From Octopus vulgaris (taxonomy: Eukaryota): a DNA stretch of 64,000 nt. Position 1 is the stretch's first letter; every line of letters begins with the position of its first letter. Under the pieces are notes generated by a model. The model saw only the letters and a list, made by a program, of their open reading frames with translations. It was not told the origin of the DNA and did not search any database. Below are positions 25,611 through 39,358 of this stretch, piece after piece. The stretch spans positions 80,786,001 to 80,850,000 of the forward strand of contig OX597819.1 in assembly GCA_951406725.2 (NCBI GenBank), given 5' to 3'. A program made the translations under genes and the position numbers.

Positions 25611-28600
25611 CTAGCTGAAGGTGACCCGCTCTACGCGCGGGTAAGAGTGTGGGTGTTACTTTCTGTTGCTTCCTTTCAGCACGTAAAAAGCACCATCCGA
25701 ACGTGGCCGATTGCAGCACCGCCTTGACTTGCTTCTGTGCTGGTGGCACGTAAAAAGCACCAACCGATCGTTGCCACTGCGAGCTCCCCTGGCACCAGTG
25801 CCGTCGGCACGAAAAAAGCACTCACTACACTCACAGTGTGGTTGGCGTTAGAAAGGTCATCCACCTGTAGAAACACTGCCAGATCAGATGGAGCCTGGTG
25901 CAGCCTCCTGGCTTCCGAGACCCGGTCACACTGCCCAACCCGTGCTAGCACGGAAAACGGACGTTAAACGATGATGATGATGATGATTCTCCGTATTTGT
26001 TTCTCTCTCAGTTTCCCACTCTCTTACTTTTCTTTTCTCTCTGACTCTCCCTCACTTTCTCTTACTCTCTATCTTTATCTATCTCTCTCCCATTTATAAA
26101 CAACAGAAGATCTTGAGTAAGTTGAGAAATAAAATATTTAGAAAGATCAATCAGAAATATGAGGCAGTGGCAATGGAAAGGTCTGCTTCAAGGCAGACAG
26201 CAAAACGCTAACATTGAAAAGGGACAGACGAACTTGCGAGCTGAATAAAAATAATAAAATATTGGAAACCAAAGTTTGAAGGGATAGAATCTGAGGATAG
26301 TAGAGTCACCATGGCTGGCATTTGTTAACGACGGACAGCAACGTAGTGACAGTTTAACGGCTGGCGTAAAATTTTCAACTTGATGTAAAAGAAAATTCGT
26401 AAACACCAATTTTTGAAGTGATTCTTTCTCACGACAGTAGACTCACCATGGCAAGCATTCAAAACTTCTTTATCATGGACGGCAACACATTGACGATTAA
26501 AAGGCTGGCGCAAATTTTTTAGCTTGATGCAACAGAGAATTCCTAAACACCCGCTCTTTGAAATTTTAATCCCCTTCCAGCCCCATTTAGACCCCTTTTC
26601 ACATTTTGGTTAATATAACCCGATTTAATTCGGGTGTACTGGGGCCACATTTTATAAGATGAGGAATTTTGTCCTAGAGGTGACGCCTTTCATTTGAGGA
26701 ACAAAATAGTTGTGATGCAAACTTGTCAGCACCTTTAACATAGGTGTGCATATTTTCAGGTGAATCGACAGACTACGTAATGCACACATTATATATATAT
26801 ATATGTGTGTATATATATATATGTGTGTGTGTGTGTGTGCACGCATTATATATACAAATGTATACAAATGAGATATATATCTGTATAAATTAAATTAGAG
26901 ATAAAACCACTAATAGGCAAATCAAACAGTGAAAAACCAAAAACAAAAACATAAAAAAGAAAATATAACATAGAAAATATATCTATATATATAAAACTGA
27001 AGTTGTGTGAGTGTCTGTCCCCTTCGATTTAGATTCCTAACTACTCCCAAATTTTGCGGTGCAGTTTAACCAAATTCGGGTATCTTATAGTCGTGATTCA
27101 TATCGAGCCCGTCTGGGTATTAGCTCGCGTCTACGATGAGTGTACGATTTTAAAAATAATTTAACATCATTTTTTATTCCATTTTAATGCATATTTTTTC
27201 GTGTGTCGATGGCGGCGGAGTTGGCGTCCACGCTCACGCCTGCACCTGTGTTGCTTCTCCCCCTTCTTCCCTCCCTCGTGAAGCTGTGGGGAAGGGAGTG
27301 TAAGGAAATCAACGTCGTAATGCGTTGTGACGGAGACCAGCGTTCTTTTAGAACAACGACTTCATGGCTTGAAGTCGCCAAAACAGAAATCGCTAAAAAA
27401 GCTGAAACAGATCCACAAAAACGGCAAAAACCGCCACACAGGGCAGGTTTCCTGTGCAAACAATTTGCACAACCGAATGTTTTAGTTGTTGCACAAATCT
27501 TTATATATAAAAGTAAGGTTGTGTGTCTGTCTGCTACGATTTAGATTCCTAACTACTCCCACATTTTGCGGTGCAGTGTAACCAAAACCGGGTATCTTAT
27601 AGTCGTGATTCATATCGATCCCTTCTGGGTATTAACGCGCGTCTACGATGAGTCTACGATTCTTAAAAAAATTTACCATCATTTTTTATTCCATTTTAAT
27701 GCATTTTTCGCTATTATATAAGGGAAGTAACTCTCTAAAAATGTCTACGATGAGTCAACGATTAAAAAAAAAATTACCATCATTTTTTTATTCCATTTTA
27801 ATGCATTTTTTCGCTATTATATAAGGGAAGTAACTCTCAAAAAATGTCTACGATGAGTCAACGATTTAAAAAAGAAATTACTATAATTTTTTATTCCATC
27901 TTTAATGCATTTTTTGCTATTTTTTTTTGCTATAACTCACTAAAAATGCTTATATAGTTATTTCCCTTACAAACCCGAGCAACGCCGGGCGATACTGGTA
28001 GTAAAATATAAAATTGAAAACTTTAAATTATTTAAATTGAAAATAAAAATTATGAAATTATATTTATAATTTGTTTAAAAATATATATAACTATGAAAAA
28101 GTATGAAAAAGTTTAATATACATAAATACAGATATATACACTTTGTATATATACATTATATATACATATTTATATATAGAACACACACACACACACACAT
28201 ACATTATATATACATATTTATATATAGAACACACACACACACATACATTATATATACATATTTATATATAGAACACACACACACATACATTATATATACA
28301 TATTTATATATAGAACACACACACACATACATTATATATACATATATATATAGAACACACACACACACACATATAAATGAACGCAAGAATATCTGATTCA
28401 TAATATTTGTTCTCATGCTCGTGTGTTGATTGTTGGTGACAGACATATACTTCAAAGAACGTCGCCGAAGTGATAGGAAGGTAGGAAACAGAGTCAGTGA
28501 AAAAGAAAGGAAATAGCGATAGTGACATATACTTTAAATAACCGTAGTGGCATTCTGAAAGTTATAAATGAAGAGGAGTGACAGAGTACTGGAGGAAATA

Positions 28601-28784
28601 GGGTGAGGTAGGAAGATGGCCCCTAGAAACCACAGCTTTTAAGATAGGGATTTCTAAGGTAGCCCACGCGCATCGTCACCTCATTCTACATGTCCGTGTA
28701 AATTTTGGAGCGAATCGGACGGGATGTAGTGGCATTGAAAGCGAACCAAGCGGTAAAAACGCATTTCAGTTTTATATATAGAGA
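25611..28784 (-). mobile_element. non-autonomous Helitron, copy 2 of a tandem dimer
   Basis: Near-identical to 22415-25610; its 3' CTAG abuts the 5' TC of copy 1; 5' TC at 28784 preceded by A. Confidence 0.85.
26982..28001 (+). mobile_element. nested composite Helitron in copy 2
   Basis: Paralogue of 23749-24660 with one extra ~100-bp internal repeat and terminal CTAG mutated to GTAG. Confidence 0.8.
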
Positions 28785-28931
28785 TTATATATAGAGATAT
28801 GTATGTATGTACATGTTATATGTATATTTCTATATATATATGTGTGTATATTTATGCATGTATATATGTATATATGTATACATGTATATGTGTATATATG
28901 TATATATTTATGTGTGTATATATGTATATAT

Positions 28932-29338
28932 CATCATCATCGTTTAACATCCGCTTTCTATGCTAGCATGGGTTGGACAATTTGATTGAGGGCTGGCAAA
29001 CCAGATGGCTGCATCAGTCTCCAATCTTGATCTGGCAGAGTTTCTACAGCTGCATGCCCTTCCTAAGGCCAACCACTCTGAGAGTGTAGTGTGTCTTTTT
29101 ATGTGCCACTGGCACGGGGGCCAGTTAGGCGGTACTGGCAATGACCTCGCTCGAATCTTTTTACAGATGACACCAGCACAGGTGCCAGTAAGGCGATGCT
29201 GGTAATGATCACGCTCGAATGGTGTCTTTCACATGCCACCGGCATGGAAGCCAGTTAGCCGCTCTGACAATGATCACGCTTGGATGGTGCTCTTAGCACC
29301 CTACTAGCATAGGTCTCAAGTGCCAGTAAGACGACGCT
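28932..29338 (-). mobile_element. RTE LINE 3' UTR fragment
   Basis: (CAT)n start and the same subrepeats. Confidence 0.8.
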
Positions 29339-29759
29339 ATATATATGTGTATATATTTATATATGTGTGTATGTATATATGTATGTACATGTATGTATGT
29401 ATGCATATATGCATGTATGTATATATGTGTATATTTGTGTATATTTGTGTGTATATATATGTATATGTATATATATGTGTGTGTATGTATATATATATGT
29501 TTGTGTGTAAGTATATATATGTTTGTGCATATGTATACATATGTGTATATATATATATGTTTTATATATATATATATATGTATATATGGCAAATGAAAGG
29601 CAGAAGATGGAATATACAAGAATTTATTATTAATTATGTACTTTGCCAATAAGCTACCAGGTATAAACTATTCATTTTATTATCCATTAACCAAAACCAA
29701 TTTCCAATTTCCGGGGGTTCTATACCCTTGCATACCAAGGTAATGGATAAGATAACACT

Positions 29760-31830
29760 GGATGCTTTGCTGAAGGACATACACCCAGTAGAAGGAATAT
29801 ATACATGATCTTTTGGAGGAAAACGAGCCAATTTGTATGTAGAATGAGGTGGAAAGCTTTCTTTTTTGACAAGGAGTTTAAACCAAATGACAAATCTGAA
29901 AATGGTGACCTACTAAGAAAAGTATTATCCAGAAAGAACCCACCAACTAACCAACACCTAACCAGATTTGAAGAAGAATTATATAGTATGGTGAAGAACA
30001 TGAAGTTCAGGAAGTACCCTAGAAGGTGTAATATACATAAAAAAAAAGAGAAATTTACTTGTCGGCTTCAAGAAAGATCCGGGGATATTTGTACCGGCAG
30101 ACAAAACAAGTAACATTTACATTGTTGATATTGAACTATATAAGTCTATGTTTAGGAAATATAGACATGTAACAATATATTAAAAAGAATTAAGAATATA
30201 AGGCTACAAATCATCAGATATCTAGTCATAGATGATAGAACCGAACCCTGCATCCCTTGAAAACCCTGGATTATGCTTAAAGACCATAAACCTAACTTTC
30301 TTATTGACCCCTCAGTTAGATTGATTTGTCCTTCTAAATCTGATCTAGGCATTATTAGTAAAAATATCATTGATAGGGTCCTTTAGTCTAAAATTAGATT
30401 AGCTCTCTGGTCCGATAACCAAGAGGTGGTTAGATGGTTCAAGCATCTAGAAATTAGTAAGAATAGTAAATTCTTGCAACTAGATATAGAGAGCTATTAT
30501 GCCACTATTAAACAGATCATTCTTAATCTAGCCCTGATTTTTAGCATGAATAATTCTGATTTGTCCTGACGCAAAATAGATATACTTTCTGTGCGAGCCA
30601 CTCTGGTAGATTTTGATGGTAGATTATGGAGTAGATTATATAGGGAGAATGCCTTTGATACAGCAATGGGCTTGTATGATTCTGCTCAAGCCAGTGACCT
30701 AGTCGGAAAATATATCCTTTCATTAATCCAGCCTTCCTTTCCAGAAGTAAAGGGGTCTGTATAGAGATGACACCTTATTTTTTTCTGGACAGAAGTAGCA
30801 AAGTACAGCTAGAAAGGCATAGGAAAAATTTCTTTAGACTTTTCAATAATTTAGGACTAAACATTACTATTGGTAAAGACTATCGTAAAGTGAATTTTCT
30901 TGACACTACCTTTGGTTTTGATACTGGATTATTTGAACCATTCCATAAGCCAAATGATCATATTAAGTACATAAACGTATCATCCAACCATCCACCCTCG
31001 ATTATACAGGGACTAGTTAAGAACATATCTACAAGAATCTCTAGATTATCTGTTTATAAGAAAATTTTCAAATCACATGCGACTTATTATAATGCTGCTC
31101 TAGCTAGGGCTGGGTACCATGAAAAATGTTAATATATACAAGAAGCTGGCATGTACAACACTGGTAATTCCTTTAACTGTAATACACATTGTATACCACC
31201 ACAACATCACGGTTTGAGAACCCACTCAGATAAAGAACACAGGCCAGAAAGAGTTGGTCATCTCAATGAGCTGCCAATGAAAACTCATAGACATAATAAC
31301 ATGCTTCTTCCAATCCTGTTCAACACACTCGAACAAATAAGCCTAACAACAGATTCACCTTACTGGCACCTGTGCTGGTGGCATGTGTAAAAGGATTTGA
31401 GTGAGGTCATTGCCAGTACTGCCTGACTGGCCCCCATGCCGGTGGCACATAAAAAGCACCCACTACACTCTTGGAGTGGTTGGCGTTAGGAAGGGCATCC
31501 AACTGTAGAAACTCTGCCAATCAAGATTGGAGCCTGGTGCAACCATGTGGTTCACCAGCCCTCAGTCAAAATCATCCAACCCATGCTAGCATGGAAAGCG
31601 GATGTTGAATGATGAATGATGATGTACAGATATAGGAATCAGGGTGTCCTCGATCGGTTTGCATGTTTCAATCAAGGTCACTGGAAAATTTTTTGCTGCT
31701 TTGGACAAGTGTTTTCTTAAATTTAATCGGTATCATGCGATTTTTTAATTGACACACCATAAAGGTATCATACACCAACTTTACTAATTTAGAGCAGCTT
31801 ATGCATCGCATAAACAATAGCAAAATGTGT
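29760..31830 (+). mobile_element. decayed Penelope-like retroelement, probably Naiad-type, interrupted by an RTE tail at 31355-31623
   Basis: RMRWKAFFF, FVPADKTSNIY, LKDHKPNFLIDPSVRLICPSKSDLGIISK, QLDIESYY, FDTAMGLYDSAQASDLVG, LYRDD, VNFLDTTF, YINVSSNHPPSII, TIKVSY; many stops and frameshifts. Clade assignment is from recalled motifs. Confidence 0.8.
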
Positions 31831-32323
31831 GAAAGGTTCAATAATCCACCTACTGGATCTAGCGAACATTTGCATCTAAATACCAACCAAGGAGATGTAA
31901 ACCACCATGATAAACACCAATTATGATCAAGTTGTAGTAGTAGAAATACTTATGATATAGCTAACTTGGTAACAACACCGGTAAATGGAGTTGGGACTGC
32001 CATACATACAAATAAATATGATAAATGCTCATGCAGAGAAAAATCAAAATGTCCTTTGATGAATCTCTGTATGAGTACAACATTTCTTTTTATCTTGTAT
32101 CTTATTTTAAACCTAAATCTTTTCTTTCATATTCTAATTCGCTAATTTTGGCTGAAATATCCAGCTTTTTCAAGTTCTCTTTTGTAACGGAGAACTTTCA
32201 CTCACCCATATAAATAATTCTGCAACACACTTTGCTTTCAGTTTCATAATTTGAACATTTTCATATAAATACATAATCATGTATAATACCATTAGTAATA
32301 TTAATACTAACTGGCTGACATTT

Positions 32324-33570
32324 TGCCCCTGACCCACTTCCCATAGCAGTAGAGCAACGAAACTTGGCACAGTTATTAGTCATTTTCTACATAGGAACCA
32401 CCCAGAGTTACGCATTTCTCCCATCGTTTGATGCGGCTCTGGGGACCGTTTTTGTAGAAGAACCCAGCTTGGTCCTCCAACCTCAACGTGACTTCAGAAA
32501 TCAAGGCTGCATCATCTGGGAAACGCTTTCCTTTCAAAAACAACTTCATGATTGGGAAGAGGTGAAAATCAGAGGGTGCAAGGTCAGGAAAGTAGGGGGA
32601 TGGGGAGGAGTTCATAGCCATACGCCTGTGCTTCTGATCTGGCGACAAGCGAGTTGTGGACCGGAGCGTTGTCCTGCAAGAGGAGGATGCCTTTGCTGAT
32701 CTTGCCCCGCCTCTTGATTTTGATAACTTCTCTTAATTTCCTCAAAAGTGAAGCATAATAGGCTCCTGCAATTGTGGTACCCTTTGCCAGGAAATCTGTC
32801 ATCACTACTCCGTCCTGGTCCGAGAAGACTGTGAGCATGACCTTGCCTTCTTTGGAGGGGGTGAGTCACGGTGCTTCCACTGCATTGACTGGGCTTTGGT
32901 CTCTGGATCATCGTGATGGACCCAGGTTTCATCCTGTGTAATCAGTCTTTTGAAAAATTTTGACTCATCTTCTTGGCACATCTCCAAATTCACCCTCGAG
33001 CACTCGACGCGTTCTTGCTTCTGGAAAGGCGTGAGCAAACTGGGAATCCATCTGTCAGACACCTTTTGCATATTCAAATGGTCATGAATGATAGTTTCCA
33101 CAGACCCGGTACTAATCTTGACCTCATGGGCTATTTGGCGAATAATTATGCGTCGATCTTCCAAAATGGCAGCCTCAACTTGACGGACAGATGCCTCATC
33201 AATGGCAGAAGGGGGCGACCAGATCTGGGAGCTGTTTCCACAGAGTTCCGACCATGTTTGAATTCACGATGCCAGCGTTTTACAAGGTCATATGATGGGG
33301 CATCATCACCATAAGTTACTTTCATTTCATCAAAAGTCTCCCGTGGTGTGCGTCCTTTCAAATACAAAAACCGGATCACTGCTCGACACTCAACAGGCTC
33401 CATTTCACACTTGACTCGGTTCAAACACCTGTAAATCAGAAACCACTATTAATTCAGAGCTGTAATTTGCCACTTACTCTATAGAGATATAAATAATTGC
33501 ACATGCAAAATTTCAGCTAGATCAAACAACTGCAAGTGGGTCAGAGGCATTACTTATTGAACGTCCCTCG
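32324..33570 (-). mobile_element. near full-length mariner (DD34D) with frameshifted transposase
   Basis: ORF pieces 33424-33146, 33164-32805, 32838-32584, 32648-32376: ECRAVIRFLYLKG, ITQDETWVH, LLLQDNAPVH, PYFPDLAPSDFHLF. Right TIR TA|CGAGGGACGTTCAATAAGTAATGCCTCTGACCCACTT; left TIR lacks its outer ~20 bp. Confidence 0.92.
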
Positions 33571-34036
33571 TATGGTGACTGAAGATATTGTGCTAACAGA
33601 ATTGTTAGTGCACCAAACAAAATACTTAGTGGCATTTTGTTTGTCTTTGCGTTCTGAGTTTAAATTCCAAAGAAGGTGACTTTGCCATTCATCCCTTTGG
33701 GATTGTTAAATATCAGTTAGTCACTGGGGTTGATGTAATTGATTAGCTCTCTCATATTTTCAGGTCTTGTGCCAATAATAGAAAGGGTTATTATATAGTG
33801 GCAAAATCATCAGTGCATTGGCAAAAAGATGTCATATGATATTTGTTACAATTCTTTACATTCTGAGTTCAAATTTTGCTGTGGTTGACTTAGCCTTTCC
33901 TCTTAGTTGACTAAATAAAATAAAGTACCAGTTAAATACTGGGGTCAAACTATCAATTAACCACCTAGCTTAAATTTCAAACTTTGTTCCAGTACAAAAA
34001 ACAATTATCATATTATTTTTTTCTATTTTATTTCAG

Positions 34037-34114
34037 TGGAAGATTATCCTTCCAAAGCTTGGAAACTTGGATTACCATTTTAAGAAAATGGATCAACACC
34101 CTAAAGCAGAATCT
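34037..34114 (+). CDS. HPS4: HPS4 coding exon
   Basis: tatttcag|...|gtaagc, 78 nt, phase 0/0. WKIILPKLGNLDYHFKKMDQHPKAES, cf. YHSSLASLNGLEVHLKE. Confidence 0.85.
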
Positions 34115-34982
34115 GTAAGCACTAAACCTTTTTTCTATTATTATATATTTTCACAAGCTAATAAAAGTTCCATTATTTATACAGTGTTATTGTTACTTGT
34201 CAGGGTTTACTCCCTTTGCCATTGCTTCTTTGTAGTCACTCACAAACAGTGAGAGTTTAGGCTTGGAGTTGTCCTGTTCCTAATTTGGCTGCCTTCCAAG
34301 GCTACTGAATGCTGACCACCCACCCAGTTATTCCACTGGTGTCGCTGTGGACCTTACTGTCAATACCTCCTCTCTCTGTCTGTCTGTCTCTGTCTCTGTC
34401 TCTTTCTCTCCCTTCCCATCTTCCTCTTCTAGTATTGGCTTTGCTGTTCTGCAAGAGGTTCATAGGAGACTTCTCACATTGTCCTTTGCTTCCAAGAAAT
34501 GGGAAAAAGTTGAGCAAGAAGGCTAGCAATCTCTTTTATCTCATATGCTGTAAAAATTTCCTCAAGAAACAGGGAACCTGGAGGAGAGAGAGAGAGAGAG
34601 AGAGATCCAGTATTTAGCTGTTACTTTGTGTTGATCAAGGAAAAATGGGTAGATCCCAGTGAAATTTGAACTCAAAATGTCACAATATCTTCATTATTTT
34701 AATGCCTGCTTTTTCATGCTTGCATAGATCAGATGGAATTCATTGAGGCAAATTTTCTATGGCCTGAAACCATCCCTGCCTATTGCCCACCCATATATAT
34801 GTTTCTGAGCCAGGTAATTATTGGAAGATAAGAAATGGTCAACCCCCACCTGTATGATAGTGATATTCATTTATAATTATTATAGAATGTCAAAACAATA
34901 CACAAACACAAGCTTGCACGCTTGCTTGCTCACTCCCTCCCTCCCTCATTCACTCAATCACTCACTCACTCATCCACCTACC

Positions 34983-35341
34983 ATTGTTGAAATTAAGAGT
35001 GACTCACACAAGATCTTCAATTTGCTTATGGAAAACGACTACCTGGCCAGATTCCAAAAGTGGCAGGAACACTAGGACAGGTGTATTACTGCGCAGGATG
35101 ACTATTTCAAAGGAGATGATGTTAAAACTTCAGTACTCTTTTACACTTTTACTTGTTTCAGTCATTTGACTGTGCCTATGCTGGAGCACTGCCTTTAGTC
35201 AAGCAAATCGACCCCAGGACTTGTTCTTTGTAAGCCTAGTAATTATTCTATCGGTATCTTTTGCCGAACCTCTAAGTTATGGGATGTAAACACACCAGCA
35301 TTGGTTGTCAAGCGATGTTGGGGGGACAAACACATATATAC

Positions 35342-35386
<45 letters not shown>

Positions 35387-35613
35387 CGCACACACATATA
35401 TACGATAGGCTTCTTTCAGTTTCCATCTACCAAATCCACTCACAAGGCTTTGCTCGGCCCGAGGCTATAGTAGAAGACACTTGCCCAAGGTGAAATGCAG
35501 GGGGACTGAACCTGGAACCATGTGGTTCATAAGCAAGCTACTTACCACACAACCACTCCTAAGTTATTTTTTATGAAACCTAACTAGTTCAGGAACTTCT
35601 TGATGCCACCACA
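34983..35613 (+). mobile_element. mariner 3' fragment (same family as 8793-9586) split by a minus-strand SINE at about 35136-35560
   Basis: RFQKWQEH*DRCITAQDDYFKGD; TIR aactagttcaggaacttcttgatgccaccaca|ta resumes after the SINE. Confidence 0.7.
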
Positions 35614-35718
35614 TATTATTGTTCCTCACTGGACGGGACACTGGTCAGTCGCAGGGTTACTCATTTTTGCCAGCTGAGTGAACTGGAGCAATGTGAAATG
35701 AAGTGTTTTGCTCTAGAA

Positions 35719-36023
35719 CAGTAGTTCCCAAAGTGGACGGTATTGTTCTCCTGGGGGCAGTGGAATTATCCAGGGGGCATTCAAGAAAAGTGGGATGATA
35801 ACAGGGTGGCCAAAATGGGGTGATAGATGTAAAAAAAATATTAATAAATATCTAGGCACAGGAGTGGCTGTGTGGTAAGTAGCTTGCTTACCAACCACAT
35901 GGTTCTGGGTTCATTCCCACTGTGTGGCACCTTGGGCAAGTGTCTTCTACTATAGCCTCAGGCCGACCAAAGCCTTGTGAGTGGATTTGGTAGACGGAAA
36001 CTGAAAGAAGCCCATCGTATATA

Positions 36024-36090
<67 letters not shown>

Positions 36091-36428
36091 TTGTGTGTCT
36101 GTGTTTGCCCCCCATCCCGGCCAATATTGCTTGACAACCGATGGTGGTGTGTTCGGCAAAAGAGATCAAGAAAATAAGTACTAGGCTTACAAAGAATAAG
36201 TCCTGGGGTCGATTTGCTCAACTAAAGGTGGTGCTCCAGCATGGCTGCGATCAAATGACTGAAACAAGTAAAAGAGTAAAAGCAGTTAATTAGGTTTAAG
36301 TTTTATTTGTGAAATACAGTTGTGTTGAATTTGCTGCAGAAAGTGGTCTATATTTGTGGTGGGAAGGTTGCTAGGAATGTGGCCTGGGTATCAAGGGGCT
36401 GGCAGCCTAAGAAGTTTGGGAACCACTG
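35719..36428. mobile_element. hAT (Charlie-like) MITE containing a SINE and itself inside a SINE
   Basis: 8-bp TSD CTCTAGAA on both sides; TIR CAGTAGTTCCCAAA...TTTGGGAACCACTG. Confidence 0.88.
35855..36282 (+). mobile_element. tRNA-derived SINE family A (internal TA/TG microsatellite, CR1-type tail); many other copies in window
   Basis: A-box gtggctgtgtggt, B-box-like gggttcattccc; tail ggtggtgctccagcatggc...aaatgactgaaacaagtaaaagag. Confidence 0.85.
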
Positions 36429-36618
36429 CTCTAGAACATAATATATTGCCCTCATCTAGGAACTGAAACCACAATCTTATGATCATGAGTGCTACACTGC
36501 AATCACTAAGCCATGTGCCTCCACATCCATGCTATACTAAACTATATTATAATGTACCACCATTAAATATCACTGTTCTATGTTATAATATGCCACCAAT
36601 GCTCTTTAATTTCCATAG

Positions 36619-36676
36619 CTCCGAAAACAAGTTATGAACAGCATTGTGCTCGATAATGTCCAGCAACAGCTTACAG
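36619..36676 (+). CDS. HPS4: HPS4 coding exon
   Basis: tttccatag|...G|gtaaac. LRKQVMNSIVLDNVQQQLT(G), cf. YNFTHYDRIQSLLMA. Phases 0/1 fit both neighbours. Confidence 0.8.
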
Positions 36677-37074
36677 GTAAACCTTTTCTTTATCAGCTGA
36701 ATTTTAATTGGTGATTGTATTCATACTGGTACATTTGTTATTAATTACTTTGAAGTGTTATCGGAGTGTCATAGCATATGTTGTGAAGATATATCCAGCT
36801 AATGACAGCTTGAGGAAAATTACATCAAACTGATTCTGATTATGATATTTATGTTAGTAATGATGTTGATGATGATGAGAAATATTCATGCAACTATTGA
36901 AAAAAAAAAGTCTTTAAGGTGCAGGTGTGGCTGTGTTGTAAGAAGTCTGCTTCCCAACTGCATGGTATTGGTTTCAGTCCCACTGTGTGGCACCTTGGAC
37001 AAGTGTCTTCTACTATAGCCACAGGCCGACTAAAGTCTTGTGAGTGGATTTGGTAGAGAGAAACTTAAGAAGCT

Positions 37075-37129
<55 letters not shown>

Positions 37130-37843
37130 GCATGGGCATGGCTGTATTGTAAGAAGGTTGCTTCCTTCTTACTATAAGGCAGCGAGCTAGCAGAAATGTG
37201 AGCACGCCAGGTCAAATGCTTAGCAGTATTTCGTCTACTGCTACGTCCTGAGTTCAAATTCTGCCGAGGTCGACTTTATGTTTCATCCTTTCGGGGGCGA
37301 TTAAATAAGTACCAGTTACACACTGGGGTCGATATAATCGACTTAATCCATCTATCTGTCCTTGTTTGTCCCCTCTGTGTATAGCCCCTTGTGGGCAGTA
37401 AATAAATAAGAAGGTTGCTTCCCAACCACAGGGTTCTGGGTTCAGTCCCATTGCCTGGCACCTCAGGCAAGTGTCTTCTACTATAGCCTCAGACTGACAA
37501 AGCTTTCTGAGTGGATTTTGATTGATGGAAGCTGAAATAAGCCTCTTGTAGAGATATGTGTGTGCTTTTGTGTCTATGTTTGTCCCCTACCACTGCCTGA
37601 CAACTTGTATTGGTGTGTTTATGTCCCTATAACTTAGCAGTTTGGTGATAGAGACTGATAGAATAAGCACCAGGCTTAAGAAACAAAAATATGTACTGGG
37701 TTGATTTGTTCAACTAAAATTCTTCAAGGTTCTGTCCCAGCATAGCCACAGTCTAATGACTGAAGCAGGGCTGCTAAGCTGTAAGGAAGTAAACGTACCA
37801 ACACTGGTTGTCAAGTGATGGTTGGGGGCAAACACACAAGAGA

Positions 37844-37877
<34 letters not shown>

Positions 37878-39008
37878 ATATTTTTTTTTTTTTCTTTTAC
37901 TTGTTTCAGTCATTTGACTGCAGCCATGCTGGAGCACTGCCCTTAGTCGAACAAGTTGACCCCAGGACTTATTCTTTGTAAGCCTAGTACTTATTCTATT
38001 GGTCACTTTTGTCGAACTGCTGAGTTACAGGGACATAAACACACCAACATCAGTTGTCAAGCGATGGTGGGGGGACAGACATACAGACACACGCACACAT
38101 ATCTCTACAAGAGACTTCTTTCAGTTTCCATCTACCAAATCCACTCACAAGGCTTTGCTCGGCCTGGGGCTACCATAGAAGACACTTACTCAAAGTGCCA
38201 TGCAGTGGGACTGAACCCAGAAACATGTGGTTCATAAGCAAGTTACATGCCACACAGCCATGCCTGTGCTATATATATATAATAGGCTTCTTTCTGTCTA
38301 CTAAATCCACTCACAAGACTTTGGTCAGCCTGAGGCTATAGTAGAAGACCCTTGCCCAAGATACCACACCATGGAACTGAACCTGAAACCGTGTGGTTGT
38401 GGAGCAAACTTCATACTACACAGCCAAACCTGCACCACAAAAGGTAGGTTTTTCATAAACTTGAGGGTGAAGATAATGTTAACCTTTCTTGGACTCCAGA
38501 CCATTACACTGTGTTTTTGCTATCAAAGAGCTGGAGATAGTTACAAAATACTTATTGAATAACAGACAGCAACAATTACATTCTTAATTAACGGATTGCA
38601 ACTGGAAATGCTGATTATGTCACACTTTTGTAGACAATATTACATGTGATCAGCAGCTGTTCAAAAATGTCAACAATGTATGACCTCCCATTGTGGTTTG
38701 ATGTTATTTGCAAAACATATACAATAGTATCAATAAGTAAAAAAAATTTTTTCTAATAAACATTGACAATACCTCTGTTATGAATGCATGCTATAAACAT
38801 TAGAAATATTTTTTGAACATACTCATCAAAACTTCTGCTTAGTGCAAAAATAACAGGCTAGATATAGCTGATAGGGATATAAAAGGATAATCATTGTACA
38901 CTCATAGAGATGGACTGCCCTAAATCAGTGCAAAGAATATTTATGGACAACTACTTTGAAACTTTCAGTTTCTCTACCCTGTTTATGAATTTAGATTTAT
39001 ACAAATAA

Positions 39009-39358
39009 CTAGCAGTATAGCCCAGCATTGTTCGGGCTTGTTTTCTTTACGACCCTTTAGAATTGGAATTTTTGAAAAGTAAAAACTTTGTATTATGTAG
39101 CTTGTTTATTCTCTATAAGTGAACATTTTTGTGGTTGAAATACACTGAAAAATGGTGATACAGCAGTAAAAAAATCGTAAAAAATAGGGATTTTCATAGA
39201 AAAAAGGCACCTTTTTGATGTAAATAATTTTTGGTGTTAACATGGTTCGATTTAAATTTTACCTTCTACGGTCAACTTAAGCCGCAGGAGATAGTGTTAG
39301 TTGAAGGCTACCAAACCTGCCATACACAGACAACTTCAGCTTTATATATATATATAGA
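39009..39358 (-). mobile_element. 350-bp non-autonomous Helitron
   Basis: Minus strand A|TCTATATATATATAAAGCTG...GCCCGAACAATGCTGGGC hairpin...CTAG|T; same 3' end family as the nested element at 24660. Confidence 0.8.
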
